From: an archaeon
Lineage (GTDB): Archaea > EX4484-52 > B79-G9
Direction of reading: 5' to 3'
Assembly (NCBI GenBank): GCA_043813875.1
Contig: JBDRKP010000083.1
Location: 1 to 22,071, forward strand
Length of the DNA stretch: 22,071 bases
Position 1 is the first letter of the stretch. Every line of letters begins with the position of its first letter. The notes beneath the pieces are model-generated. The model had not been told where the DNA came from, searched no databases, and worked only from the letters and a program-made list of their open reading frames with translations. The position numbers and the translations under genes were made by a program. Shown piece after piece: positions 1-9,330 of this stretch.

Positions 1-124
1 AAAAATTTCCGTGATAGTGTGTCTTTTTTGAAGCACCTAAATTGATATTTTATGCGTTAAAACGCACGCATTAAACCACGAATGCATTGGAAACAAAGGT
101 TGCGAGACTGAGCGATCATCACGT

Positions 125-185
125 AAAAAATAGGCAGACCCGAGAAATGAGAAAATGAAAATAAGGTGCAAGGCGAGTGAAAAAA
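125..185 (-). terminator. Pyrimidine-rich stretch with T6 tracts downstream of rps7; likely terminator of the rpo/str cluster
   Basis: Minus strand has T6 runs at 180-185 and 125-130 within a C/T-rich tract after the rps7 stop. Archaeal intrinsic terminators are oligo-T tracts. Confidence 0.4.
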
Positions 186-230
186 TTGAGAAACAGAGTA
201 AAGATAAGGGATAATGCGCCACGTTCAAAT

Positions 231-830
231 TCATCTTGAGCCTGTGGCTTCTTTGTCTCTTCTTGTCTTTTCCTGGATCGCAAAGCTTGTCGGGTCTTTT
301 TTGTAGGCTGCGAGCAATTCTTCTGCCAGGCTTTGTTCTGCTGTTTTCTTGGCCTTTACGCTTCTTTTATATGTGCCCTGTGCGATGTGTTTCAGTGCAA
401 GGTCGACTCTTCTTTGCGGTGCTGTGACCACGGATTCTCTTGCGAATATACCGCCTCTCTGATATGTGAGGACTTCTTCATAAGGAGCTGAGTTCTCTAC
501 TGCTTTTACGAATATCTCGACAGGGTTCTTTTTGGTTTTCTCTTCGATTATGTGGAATGCTCCGATAACTATCTTTGATGTTTTTGTGGAGGTGCCGACG
601 TTGCGACCGCTTGTGAATTTGTGCTTCTTGCCCCTGTGTCCTGCAACGAACATCTTGTTTATCAGGCGTTCTGTTATGTTGAGTTTTGATTTGTAGAATG
701 GCTTCTTTGCGTGGCGACCACCGCTTTTTGGTACTATTACCGGCGTCAGGTTGATATATGCAACTAATCCCGGGTCTTCTACTTTTATGCCTTCTGTGCT
801 CCATGTGTTGAATAGTTTTATTTCTGTCAT
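231..830 (-). CDS. rps7: 30S ribosomal protein S7 (uS7)
   Basis: Motifs ERLINK, NPVEIFVKAVENSAP, APQRRVDLAL and LAEEL; lies directly after rps12. Confidence 0.97.
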   Translation of the reverse strand: MTEIKLFNTWSTEGIKVEDPGLVAYINLTPVIVPKSGGRHAKKPFYKSKLNITERLINKMFVAGHRGKKHKFTSGRNVGTSTKTSKIVIGAFHIIEEKTKKNPVEIFVKAVENSAPYEEVLTYQRGGIFARESVVTAPQRRVDLALKHIAQGTYKRSVKAKKTAEQSLAEELLAAYKKDPTSFAIQEKTRRDKEATGSR

Positions 831-851
831 GTTATCATCTTCATCTGTTTG

Positions 852-1277
852 TTACTTGGTCGGTCTTTTCTTTTTGCCTTTGATGAGTTCTTTTAAGGAT
901 ATGCCGTTTACCTGTATCACTTTCCATTTAACTGATGGAAGGGATCCTTTTGGGCCGCTTTCTGAGCCGCCGATTCCTTCAAGAAGGACTTCGTCGTGTT
1001 CTTGCACGTGGTTTATTGCGCCTGTGAGCGGGCAGAAGGCTGTTATCTGTTTGCCGTTCTTGATAAGCTGCACTCTCACGCATTTTAACATGCCTGAGTG
1101 CGGCTGTTTTGCTTCCAGCTGTCTTTTCTCAAGGACTATGGCTTTTGCCTGTGCTGCGCCTTCCAGAGGGTCTGTCTTTTCCTGGAGGCGTAATGTTCTT
1201 CTTGCGTAGTCTATTGATTTCCATTTCTTACTTTTTCTGCTTCTTAGGAGGTTTCTTCCCGCGTATAGGCCAGGCAT
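852..1277 (-). CDS. rps12: 30S ribosomal protein S12 (uS12)
   Basis: MPGLYAGR, EAKQP..KCVRVQLIKNGKQITAF and EHDEV; GGTG Shine-Dalgarno (SD)-like motif upstream; synteny. Confidence 0.97.
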   Translation of the reverse strand: MPGLYAGRNLLRSRKSKKWKSIDYARRTLRLQEKTDPLEGAAQAKAIVLEKRQLEAKQPHSGMLKCVRVQLIKNGKQITAFCPLTGAINHVQEHDEVLLEGIGGSESGPKGSLPSVKWKVIQVNGISLKELIKGKKKRPTK

Positions 1278-1290
1278 TGTTTTTTCACCG

Positions 1291-1698
1291 TTATAATATT
1301 TTTATGTTATCAATATCGAACTGTCTTTTTAAAAAGATTTTGATTATGTTCAGGTTTTTGCCGTCTCTTCCAATCAATAGTCCTTTGTTTCTCTTTTCTG
1401 TTTCGATACTTATTGTCTTTCCATTGGTCTCGATTTTATCTATCGGGACCATTATCATGTTTTTTGTGAACTCTTCAATGTTATCTGAGTGTCTGTATAT
1501 TATAATGTTTTGGTTCATTTTCTTTTGGATATCTTTTATGTTTGAGCCGTTTCTGCCGATGAGCGATCTGAAGTTGTCTGTCTTTACTACGATATATAAT
1601 GTCTTGTTTTCGTTTATGTAGTCGACAACATGTGTTTTTGTGATCTTTTCGAATGTCGTGATGTTTATGATGTCATCATTTGTGTATTTTATTGACAT
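1291..1698 (-). CDS. nusA: Archaeal NusA-like KH-domain transcription factor
   Basis: Two KH GxxG motifs (LIGRNGSNI, LIGRDGKNL); lies between rpl30e and rps12. ATG 1698 preferred over GTG 1707. Confidence 0.93.
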   Translation of the reverse strand: MSIKYTNDDIINITTFEKITKTHVVDYINENKTLYIVVKTDNFRSLIGRNGSNIKDIQKKMNQNIIIYRHSDNIEEFTKNMIMVPIDKIETNGKTISIETEKRNKGLLIGRDGKNLNIIKIFLKRQFDIDNIKIL

Positions 1699-1718
1699 TG
1701 GATCCACAAAGCTCGTGA

Positions 1719-1982
1719 TTATTTTTTGATGCCTAATACTGTTATTGAAAACGGTTTTCTTGCTGTTGCACCAAGTTCGATGCTTGTGCCTTCAAATGTC
1801 TGTATTTTCAGGTCGCTTAGTTTTGCTGCTTTTTCGATGTCACGTTTGATGTCTGCCGGGCAGTTTGAGGCGATTATGGCGCTGTCTAGTTTTCCCTGGT
1901 TAAGGTTTTTTAGAGTCACGTCTGTGCCTATTGTTATCTTATTTGCATCTATTGCGTTTTTGATTGTCTTTACCATGTCCAT
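1719..1982 (-). CDS. rpl30e: 50S ribosomal protein L30e
   Basis: IIASNCP and FEGTSIELG..ARKPF motifs; lies directly after rpoA''. Confidence 0.94.
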   Translation of the reverse strand: MDMVKTIKNAIDANKITIGTDVTLKNLNQGKLDSAIIASNCPADIKRDIEKAAKLSDLKIQTFEGTSIELGATARKPFSITVLGIKK

Positions 1983-1992
1983 TTTAAAACCT

Positions 1993-3075
1993 TTAGTCTT
2001 TTACTTTTAATTTTACCATTCCTGTGCCGATTGGTGCTATGTTTCCGATGATTATGTTCTCTATGACGCTTTCAAGAGGGTCTATCTCTCCACCAGAAGC
2101 GGCATTTGTCAGGTGCTTTACTGTCTCTTCGAAGTTAGCTCTTGAGAGGACAGATGATTTCTGGCCTGCGAGACCGTATCTTCCTATCGGCTGGATGGTC
2201 CCGTCGTTTGTCATAGCGTCTGCGACGAGCAGGAGGTGGCGTATATCCGTATCTACACCCTGTTCTCGCATTGTGGTTATCGTCTCTTTTATTATCGCGT
2301 TTCTTGCAGCTTCGATCCCGAGAACCTTTGCCACTTCAAATATGTTGTTCGATGTTGTTTTTGTCGAGTCAACACCGGTCATCTTGAGAACTTTTTTGAG
2401 GTTCGATCCTAGCGTCTTTATTGTCCATTGATTGCTTTCGTTTTCAACTATTGCCTGCTCTATGCCTTTGATGCCTTTTATGAACAGGTTTCTTACGCGG
2501 ACCCTTATTGATTGCAGGTCGCTTATTGAGAAATCCGGTTTCTTGTTTTCCGAGATTTCAATTATTATTACATCGTTTTCAGATTTAATATTTATATACT
2601 TTATGCTTTTTTTGATAAGGGATACGAGACTTTCTGTCGTGACGTCAAGATTTTGCAATAGTGTCTTATCAGCGACAAATTCTGTTCGCATGTGTATTAA
2701 ATCTATGGAGTCTTCTTTTAGTATGTGTTTCAGCTTGGTTTCTTTTATCTTCGCTGCTATTTTTCGTGCGTCTTCCCTGTTGTTATGTTCGTCGTCAAGA
2801 TAGATTTCCATCGTCGGTGTTTTTGGTATCTTTCTTGCGTCAAATATCTCGATGAGTCTTGGCAGACCTTTTGTGGTAACCAGTTGTGTTCGGCCTTCTG
2901 AGTGGTATGCTCTTAATGTTGTCTGGGTTGCAGGTTCTGATATAGACTGGGCAGCTACCACGCCGACAGCTTCACCTACTTCGTATCTTATTTTTGGATA
3001 TCTTTTTAAAAGCTTGTCTTTTTCTTTTTTTGTAAGGTCTAGCTCTTCGTAGGGTTCTGGTAGTTTTTCAGTCAT
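1993..3075 (-). CDS. rpoA2: DNA-directed RNA polymerase subunit A'' (Rpo1C)
   Basis: [39 protein letters not shown] and [13 protein letters not shown] overlap with the rpoA' stop at 3072-3075. Confidence 0.97.
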   Translation of the reverse strand: MTEKLPEPYEELDLTKKEKDKLLKRYPKIRYEVGEAVGVVAAQSISEPATQTTLRAYHSEGRTQLVTTKGLPRLIEIFDARKIPKTPTMEIYLDDEHNNREDARKIAAKIKETKLKHILKEDSIDLIHMRTEFVADKTLLQNLDVTTESLVSLIKKSIKYINIKSENDVIIIEISENKKPDFSISDLQSIRVRVRNLFIKGIKGIEQAIVENESNQWTIKTLGSNLKKVLKMTGVDSTKTTSNNIFEVAKVLGIEAARNAIIKETITTMREQGVDTDIRHLLLVADAMTNDGTIQPIGRYGLAGQKSSVLSRANFEETVKHLTNAASGGEIDPLESVIENIIIGNIAPIGTGMVKLKVKD

Positions 3076-5597
3076 TTCTTCACCGATTTGTGTTTCATCA
3101 TTATAGCTTTATCAATATATCCACCGTCGCTTTTTGCAGGGTCAATGCCGTCTTCACCTGGCATGAACTGGATTATGGTGCCTGAACTGTCGCGTACATG
3201 GTAGTCTTTGCCTACTTTTATGTCCTGAAGGGCACTTACTAACCTCCGTTGCATATAGCCGCTGACGCGCGTCTTTAGGGAGGAATCCATGATACCTTCA
3301 CGGCCTTTCATGACTTCGTAAAAGAATTCTATAGGGGTTATTCCTTTGACGAATGATGATCTGACAAATCCGTGTGCATATGGGCCGAGGTCGCCTTTTT
3401 TGAAGTGCGCCAGGGTACGTCCTGTATAGCCACGGAATACCCGTCTGCCTCTGATTGCTTCCTGACCTACGAGGCCGGACATGTATGCGAGGTTCTGGAT
3501 GCTGCCACGAGCGCCTGTTCTTGCCATTATTATGGCTGAACTGTCTTCATCTACGCTTTTGTCGATTATTTTTTGCGTCATGTTTGTGATGCGCCATAGT
3601 TCGATCATTATGAGGTCTTCAAGCGTCTCTTCAGGTGTTCTTCCCGGGGATACGTCTATGTTTCCTTTCTTGTAGTCTTCTATCAGTTTGTCTACTATAT
3701 CAAGCTGTTTTTTGATTGCGAGCTCTATATTTTTCTGGGTTTCTTTATCTGTGTCCAGGTTGTCAAGAGATATGCTGAACCCCAATTTCATCAAGGTCTG
3801 TGCGATTATCTTTGTTACCTGGTCTATGAATATTCTTGCGGATGTGTGTCCTTTTTCAATGTCGATGGTGTCGAGTATCCTGCCTTTGAATGCAGCGATA
3901 CCGTTGCTGTCGACTACACCTTTTTTTAGTTCGCCGTTTTCGATTATTACATATGCGTCGTGTTCGCAGTCTCCTTTTTTGCATTTTTCGCACTTGCGGC
4001 ATACTGTGGCTTTGTATTCAAGGTCTATGCCTTTTGGGATGGCGAAACTGAACATCTCTTTGCCTGTATATATGTCTTTTGTGAGATCTGCGGTTATATC
4101 TGCGTTGGTCAATATCTGTGCGGTCTCTTTTTTTGTGAATCTGGTGCTGCTTTTTGTCAACATGTATGCGCCGGAGATATAGTCCTGGTCGCATCCCATT
4201 ATAGGTCCGCCGAAACGCGGGGATCTGATGTTTTGTTCGACTAGCATGAGTTGTTCTGCTTCTGATCTTGCTTCTGCGGTCTGCGGGACGTGGAGGTTCA
4301 TCTCGTCACCGTCGAAGTCAGCATTGTATGGCTTGCATACGCACAGGTTTAGCCTGAATGTCTTGTCTGGCATGATTCTTGCATAGTGCGCCATCACAGA
4401 CATCCTGTGGAGTGAAGGCTGCCTGTTGAAGAGGACGACGTCGCCGTCCATCAGATGCCTTTCAATCATATAACCTGGCGTGAGTTCCAAGACTACTGAT
4501 TCTTTGTTCTCTTCTATTATCTTTTTTCTTATTCCGTCAGGGCGTGTCACGTAGTTTGCTCCAGGGTGCACTTCCGGTCCGTTCATGACGTATGTCTTTA
4601 TCTGTTCTATGTTCTCTTTTGTGACCTTGGTTGGAACTGTAAGTTCTCTTGCGATTATGGTTGGGATGCCGACTTCGTTTAAGCTGATGTTCGGGTCAGG
4701 GGATACTACTGTTCTTGCGCAGTAGTTCACTCTTTTACCTGTCAGGTTGTGCCTGAATCTGCCGTCTTTGCTTTTGAGTCTTTGCGCAAGTGTCTTTAAG
4801 CTGCGGCCTGATCTGTGTCTTGCAGGCGGTATGCTTGATATCTCGTTGTTGAAGTATGTGGTGACATGATATTGCAGGAGTTCCCACAGGTCTTCGATGA
4901 TGAAGTCCGGGGCGCCGATTTCCAGGTTGTCTGCAAGCCTGTGGTTGATACGGATCACGTCGACCAGCTTGTGCGTGAGGTCGTCTTCTGATCGATCACC
5001 GCTTTCAAGTGTGATTGATGGCCTTGCGGTCACCGGGGGTACCAGCATGAGTGTGAGGATGAACCATTCCGGCCTTCCGCCTCTGATCCCGATCAGGTTT
5101 GATGTCTCGTCGGAGATTTTTTCGAATTGTTCCCTTATCTCTATGGGGGTGAGGGGATGTTTGTCACGTACGAATGTCGATGGCTTTTCGAGTTTTATCT
5201 TGCCTTGTTTTGCGCCGCAGTCAGGGCATGTGGAGAGTATTTTTAGTTTCTTTATCGCTGCGCCTGCTTCGAGTTTTGACTTGTCTGCGAGGAGCGCGCC
5301 GCATTTGTGGCAGGTGTAGCTCAATAGAAGGCGTATCTGTGACAGGTAAAGTATGTTTATCACCGGGCGGGCGAGCTCTATGTGGCCGAAATGGCCTGTG
5401 CATTCGCCAATACGTCCGCCGCAGGTCTGGCAGCGCATGCCAGGATCGATTATGCCGAGCTTTGGGTCCATGACGCCTCCTTCTATGGGGTATGCGTCAG
5501 CGCCGTATACTTCGGATGTGACAACAGGCATTACTGAAAGCTTTCTTATCATTTCCGGGGAGACCATCTTGAAGTGAATCTCTTTTATTTTTGCCAT
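3072..5597 (-). CDS. rpoA1: DNA-directed RNA polymerase subunit A' (Rpo1N)
   Basis: Catalytic NADFDGD, zinc site CQTC..CTGHFGH, NRQPSLH and GKRVN; no intein apparent. Confidence 0.98.
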   Translation of the reverse strand: MAKIKEIHFKMVSPEMIRKLSVMPVVTSEVYGADAYPIEGGVMDPKLGIIDPGMRCQTCGGRIGECTGHFGHIELARPVINILYLSQIRLLLSYTCHKCGALLADKSKLEAGAAIKKLKILSTCPDCGAKQGKIKLEKPSTFVRDKHPLTPIEIREQFEKISDETSNLIGIRGGRPEWFILTLMLVPPVTARPSITLESGDRSEDDLTHKLVDVIRINHRLADNLEIGAPDFIIEDLWELLQYHVTTYFNNEISSIPPARHRSGRSLKTLAQRLKSKDGRFRHNLTGKRVNYCARTVVSPDPNISLNEVGIPTIIARELTVPTKVTKENIEQIKTYVMNGPEVHPGANYVTRPDGIRKKIIEENKESVVLELTPGYMIERHLMDGDVVLFNRQPSLHRMSVMAHYARIMPDKTFRLNLCVCKPYNADFDGDEMNLHVPQTAEARSEAEQLMLVEQNIRSPRFGGPIMGCDQDYISGAYMLTKSSTRFTKKETAQILTNADITADLTKDIYTGKEMFSFAIPKGIDLEYKATVCRKCEKCKKGDCEHDAYVIIENGELKKGVVDSNGIAAFKGRILDTIDIEKGHTSARIFIDQVTKIIAQTLMKLGFSISLDNLDTDKETQKNIELAIKKQLDIVDKLIEDYKKGNIDVSPGRTPEETLEDLIMIELWRITNMTQKIIDKSVDEDSSAIIMARTGARGSIQNLAYMSGLVGQEAIRGRRVFRGYTGRTLAHFKKGDLGPYAHGFVRSSFVKGITPIEFFYEVMKGREGIMDSSLKTRVSGYMQRRLVSALQDIKVGKDYHVRDSSGTIIQFMPGEDGIDPAKSDGGYIDKAIMMKHKSVKK

Positions 5598-5625
5598 GTA
5601 TTTTGCACCTAATCTTTGTCATTAT

Positions 5626-7416
5626 CTAGTCTTTTGTAATTATCTGCGGGTATATCAGCATACTGCGCAGTTCGTCTAGCAGCAGCTTGAAGGCGTAGGA
5701 CATCTCCACATTTTCTATTTTTGAGCCTTTGCAGAGCGGACAGTACATCTTGTTCTTGATTTTGTCGTGTATCGCTGTGATTCCGCATTCTTTGCAGATT
5801 GGCATCTTGGTCTTGTCTGATGAGAACCGTTCTTTCAGGACGACTGCAGCGCCGTGGGCTATGAGGCAGTCTTTCTCCATTTCCCCGAATCTCAATCCGC
5901 CTTCTTTTGAGCGTCCTTCTGTCGGCTGTTTTGTCAGCAGTGCGACAGGGCCGCGTGATCGTGAGTGTATCTTGTGGGATACCATGTGGTAGAGGCGCTG
6001 GTAGTATCCGACCCCGAGGAGTATTGGCGCTTCGATGATTTCGCCTGTCACGCCGTTGTATAATCTTTCTTTTCCATCGTCCCTGAATCCCAGGTTCTTA
6101 AGTCCGGATCTTATCTCTTCTGCGTTTCCCTTGAATGCGGTGCCGTCCTGTTCTTTGCCTTCAAGGCTGCCTTTTTTGCCTGCTATTATTTCCAATAGCT
6201 GACCTACGGTCATTCTTGACGGGATTGCGTGAGGGTTGATTATGATGTCTGGTGTGATGCCGTTTGCGGTAAATGGCATGTCTTCTTCGGGCACAATCAG
6301 GCCGATGACCCCTTTCTGCCCGTGTCTTGATGCGAATTTGTCGCCGATTTCCGGGATCTTGGGTTCTCTTACTGATACTTTTATCAGGGTATTGCCGTCT
6401 TTTGTGCTTGTGAGCACTACTTTTTCTACGAAGCATTGCTCGCCTTTTGTTACGGTGAGTGAGTTGTCTCTTCTGTCTTTTATGCCCATTCGTATCTCTT
6501 TCTGGATGCCCAGGAATCTTAGGGGTGATGTCTTTCCGACTAATACGCTTGAGTCGCTCACGTCTGTCTCTGGTGAAATAACGCCATCTACGTCGAGCAT
6601 TGAGTATTCCTGTTGTGATCTGTATCCTCTTACTTCAGGGTCCGGGACACTTATCTCGTCTTCCTGCCCGCCCCAGTATCTTCTTGATTCGGTGATGTAT
6701 GTGCGGATGAATAATGATCTTCCAAGACCGCGTTCAAGCGAGCTCTTGTTTATCACGATGGAGTCTTCTATGTTGTAGCTGTAGTATGGCATTATCGCGA
6801 TGACCAGATTCTGTCCTGTCGGGTGGGTCGCAAGGCCTGTCGCGAGACTTGTCTGCGAGTTGACTATGGGCCTTTGTGAGTGTATGAGCAGATGGGATGT
6901 CGTGTCGTCTCGCAGGAGGTAGTTGTGGAGATAGATACCTGTTGACTGGACTATCATTCTTGAACCGTAGTTCAATCTGTCGCCACGGTCTTTTTCAGGG
7001 TATGCCAGCAGTGATGCTGCGACTCCGAGTATGAGTATGGGATCAATCTCAAGGTGTGTGTGTTCAGGGGTGAGGTCTTCTTTTGAGATTGCTATATATG
7101 TGTTTTCTTCTTCTTCTGCGTCAATGAATTCAACTATGTGTTTGTCTAGCAGGGCAGTCCATGTGGTCTTGCCTTCTTCAAGGTCTTTGAGCATTTCATC
7201 TGTAAGTCTTGATTTGCCGTTTTCGACGACTATCAGCGGGCGCCTTACACGGCCGCCATCGAGGTTTATCTGTATCTCGTCTTTGTCTTCGTAATATGCG
7301 AGGTTCATCTGTTCTGGCAGTACTCTGGTTCTTCTTTTTTCAATGAGTGACTTTGCGAGTTCTTTTGGATTGCCACATTTTCCGATATATATTCCGTCAA
7401 GATAAATTTCTGTCAT
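5626..7416 (-). CDS. rpoB1: DNA-directed RNA polymerase subunit B' (Rpo2C, C-terminal half of split subunit B)
   Basis: GDKFASRHGQKG, NPHAIPSRMT, GGLRFGEME and a C-terminal zinc ribbon CKEC..CPLC. Confidence 0.97.
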   Translation of the reverse strand: MTEIYLDGIYIGKCGNPKELAKSLIEKRRTRVLPEQMNLAYYEDKDEIQINLDGGRVRRPLIVVENGKSRLTDEMLKDLEEGKTTWTALLDKHIVEFIDAEEEENTYIAISKEDLTPEHTHLEIDPILILGVAASLLAYPEKDRGDRLNYGSRMIVQSTGIYLHNYLLRDDTTSHLLIHSQRPIVNSQTSLATGLATHPTGQNLVIAIMPYYSYNIEDSIVINKSSLERGLGRSLFIRTYITESRRYWGGQEDEISVPDPEVRGYRSQQEYSMLDVDGVISPETDVSDSSVLVGKTSPLRFLGIQKEIRMGIKDRRDNSLTVTKGEQCFVEKVVLTSTKDGNTLIKVSVREPKIPEIGDKFASRHGQKGVIGLIVPEEDMPFTANGITPDIIINPHAIPSRMTVGQLLEIIAGKKGSLEGKEQDGTAFKGNAEEIRSGLKNLGFRDDGKERLYNGVTGEIIEAPILLGVGYYQRLYHMVSHKIHSRSRGPVALLTKQPTEGRSKEGGLRFGEMEKDCLIAHGAAVVLKERFSSDKTKMPICKECGITAIHDKIKNKMYCPLCKGSKIENVEMSYAFKLLLDELRSMLIYPQIITKD

Positions 7417-7433
7417 GATTATCAGCTTTTAGA

Positions 7434-8933
7434 TTATTTTCTTACTTCTATTTCTGCTCCCAGGCTTTTTAGTGTGGAGATGATTTTTGTTTCGTCTGCT
7501 TCACTTGCCGGTATTGTTATCTGCGCGCCCAGGGCAAGGAAGTTTCTTAGGCCGATGCTCTGGCCTTCTGGTGTCCTTACTGCGCATAATCGACCCCATT
7601 GTGTTGAATGGAGTTCTCTTGCTTCGAAGTGTTCCTGAGTGGATGATAATGGAGATATGACGCTTCTTAGATGGCTTATTGTCCTTACGAAGTTTGATCG
7701 TTCGAGGCGCTGGCAAACACCGGTCTTTCCGCCGACCCAGTTTCCTGTTGCCATCGCTCTCATTATCTGTTTTGTCAGGACATCTGAGACTACTACGCTC
7801 TGGAGCTTTAGCAGTTTTCGGCCTCTTTTCATCATCTTCTGGTAGTTGTATTGAAGGCGGGCTATAAGTCCCCAGCGGCCCATGATGATTGACCTGAATA
7901 GTATTTCGAGGAGATCACCGGACATCTTCACTCTTTTGTTCGTGTAGTGGTCTATGTCTTCTTCTTTGAGTTTTCCTTTGTGGAGAAGCACGAGCTTGCG
8001 CATGACTATCCCTAAGTATTTGGCTTTTGCAATCCTGTCCTCTGGCTTGTTGCCGAGGTGGGCAAGAAGGTAATTGTCAAGCAGTTGTGTTGCTCTGTCT
8101 GCTCTTTGTTCTTTCTGGCGCACTTTCATCTTTTTGCCTATGTAGTCCAGTGCATCGTCTCTGTTTGCTATCTGGGTATCGTATATGTTGATGTAGATGT
8201 CTTCTATGTCTTCTTCTTTGGTTCCTATCGATTCTATGACTTCTTTGTCTGTCTCAAGGCCGAGCGCTTTCATGAGTACTATTATCGGTATCGGGGTCTT
8301 TACCAGGTTTGCGAATTTTGCTGTTATGATGCCTTCCGGGTTGCGTTCGAATACGTGGCGCTGGACGTAACCGCTTTTTTCGCAGTTTATTCTTGATGTT
8401 ATCTCTTCGCCTTTCTTCTGGAGTATGAGTTTGTTCGGCGCAATCTCTTCTGATAGCACTATCACCCGTTCTGTGCCGTTTACTATGAAGTAGCCGCCGA
8501 GATCGTATGGGTCTTCACCGGCTTCAATAAGTTCTTCATCGGTCATTCTTGATAATGGGCAGAGGATGGACTTCACCATTATCGGTATCTCGCCGATTTC
8601 AACGACTTCGGTGTCGTGTTCTCTTTCTTCGAATACCGGTGTCATCTCTACGAATATCGGTGTGGAGTATGTGAGGTTTCTTAGGCGCGCCTCGTGAGGG
8701 AGTATCGCTCTTACTGAGCCGTCTGCTTCATTTATCTGTGCTCTTTCTATAGAAACTTTTCCGAGCCTGATTATGAGCTCTTCGCCTGTAGGCAATTCGA
8801 TTATGATTTTGCCAATCTCGTTTATGGTCTTCTGGAGCCTTCTTTGGATGAAGTCGTTGTATGAGTCAATCTGGTGGGATATCAAGCCTTTGTTTTTGGC
8901 ATATTCGTCCATATAGCTTTTTGCGATTTTCAT
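7434..8933 (-). CDS. rpoB2: DNA-directed RNA polymerase subunit B'' (Rpo2N, N-terminal half of split subunit B)
   Basis: HQIDSYNDF, EARLRNLTY, GGYFIVNGTERV, NKRV and ARELH..WG..TPEG. Start may be ATG 8933 or GTG 8942. Confidence 0.96.
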   Translation of the reverse strand: MKIAKSYMDEYAKNKGLISHQIDSYNDFIQRRLQKTINEIGKIIIELPTGEELIIRLGKVSIERAQINEADGSVRAILPHEARLRNLTYSTPIFVEMTPVFEEREHDTEVVEIGEIPIMVKSILCPLSRMTDEELIEAGEDPYDLGGYFIVNGTERVIVLSEEIAPNKLILQKKGEEITSRINCEKSGYVQRHVFERNPEGIITAKFANLVKTPIPIIVLMKALGLETDKEVIESIGTKEEDIEDIYINIYDTQIANRDDALDYIGKKMKVRQKEQRADRATQLLDNYLLAHLGNKPEDRIAKAKYLGIVMRKLVLLHKGKLKEEDIDHYTNKRVKMSGDLLEILFRSIIMGRWGLIARLQYNYQKMMKRGRKLLKLQSVVVSDVLTKQIMRAMATGNWVGGKTGVCQRLERSNFVRTISHLRSVISPLSSTQEHFEARELHSTQWGRLCAVRTPEGQSIGLRNFLALGAQITIPASEADETKIISTLKSLGAEIEVRK

Positions 8934-8945
8934 AAGTAGCACATC

Positions 8946-9197
8946 TTATTCCTGAATTACAATTCGATAGTATTTTATTTTTCCTGCTGTCTTGCTGTTT
9001 CTTGTTATCTCGACGACGTCGCCGATTTTTGCCTTGAGGGTTTCGAGAGCAGGGTCTGTGTCAAGTATTTTTGGAAGCTGGTCCAGTGTGACCTTGAGTT
9101 CTTTTAGAATTTTGGTTGATTCCTCTTTTGTCATTATCCTGTGTTCTGGAACCAGTTTATGTATTATTGTTTCTGTGTTGTTTTCGTTTTCTGCCAT
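8946..9197 (-). CDS. rpoH: DNA-directed RNA polymerase subunit H (Rpo5)
   Basis: HKLVPEH, QLPKILDTDP and GDVVEITRNSKTAG..YYR; GTGGTG SD upstream. Confidence 0.96.
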   Translation of the reverse strand: MAENENNTETIIHKLVPEHRIMTKEESTKILKELKVTLDQLPKILDTDPALETLKAKIGDVVEITRNSKTAGKIKYYRIVIQE

Positions 9198-9233
9198 GTT
9201 GTTTTCACCACATTTTTGGTGGGCCTGACGGGA

Positions 9234-9266
9234 TTTTCTCGTACGTTCATGGTTTTGAACGTTCGC
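9234..9266 (-). other. tRNA intron 3 (33 nt, T-loop position 59/60)
   Basis: Central helix TTCA/AGAA (one A-A mismatch), bulges AA^G and AA^T, intron hairpin ACGTTCA/TGAACGT. Removal restores the T-loop TTCAAAT. Confidence 0.85.
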
Positions 9267-9288
9267 TTTGAACCCGCGACACCCGGGT

Positions 9289-9323
9289 ATCTTCTACAGA
9301 TTCCGGTGCATTAACCGTCTGGT
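9289..9323 (-). other. tRNA intron 2 (35 nt, canonical position 37/38), relaxed BHB
   Basis: Central helix CTTT/GAAG, bulges TA^A and AT^A, closed by the anticodon stem; internal CAGA/TCTG and CGGT/ACCG helices. Confidence 0.8.
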
Positions 9324-9330
9324 TAAAAGC

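Noticed and set aside
108..122. GTGATGA C-box-like motif on the minus strand
   Set aside because: No downstream CTGA D box or terminal stem on the same strand.
37..234. 65-aa hydrophobic ORF overlapping the rps7 stop
   Set aside because: Its hydrophobicity follows from the T/C-rich terminator-like tract and no family is recognisable. It cannot be fully excluded.
236..9228. Many plus-strand ORFs of 60-180 aa across the rpo/ribosomal cluster
   Set aside because: They are antisense shadows of well-conserved genes and show no motifs.
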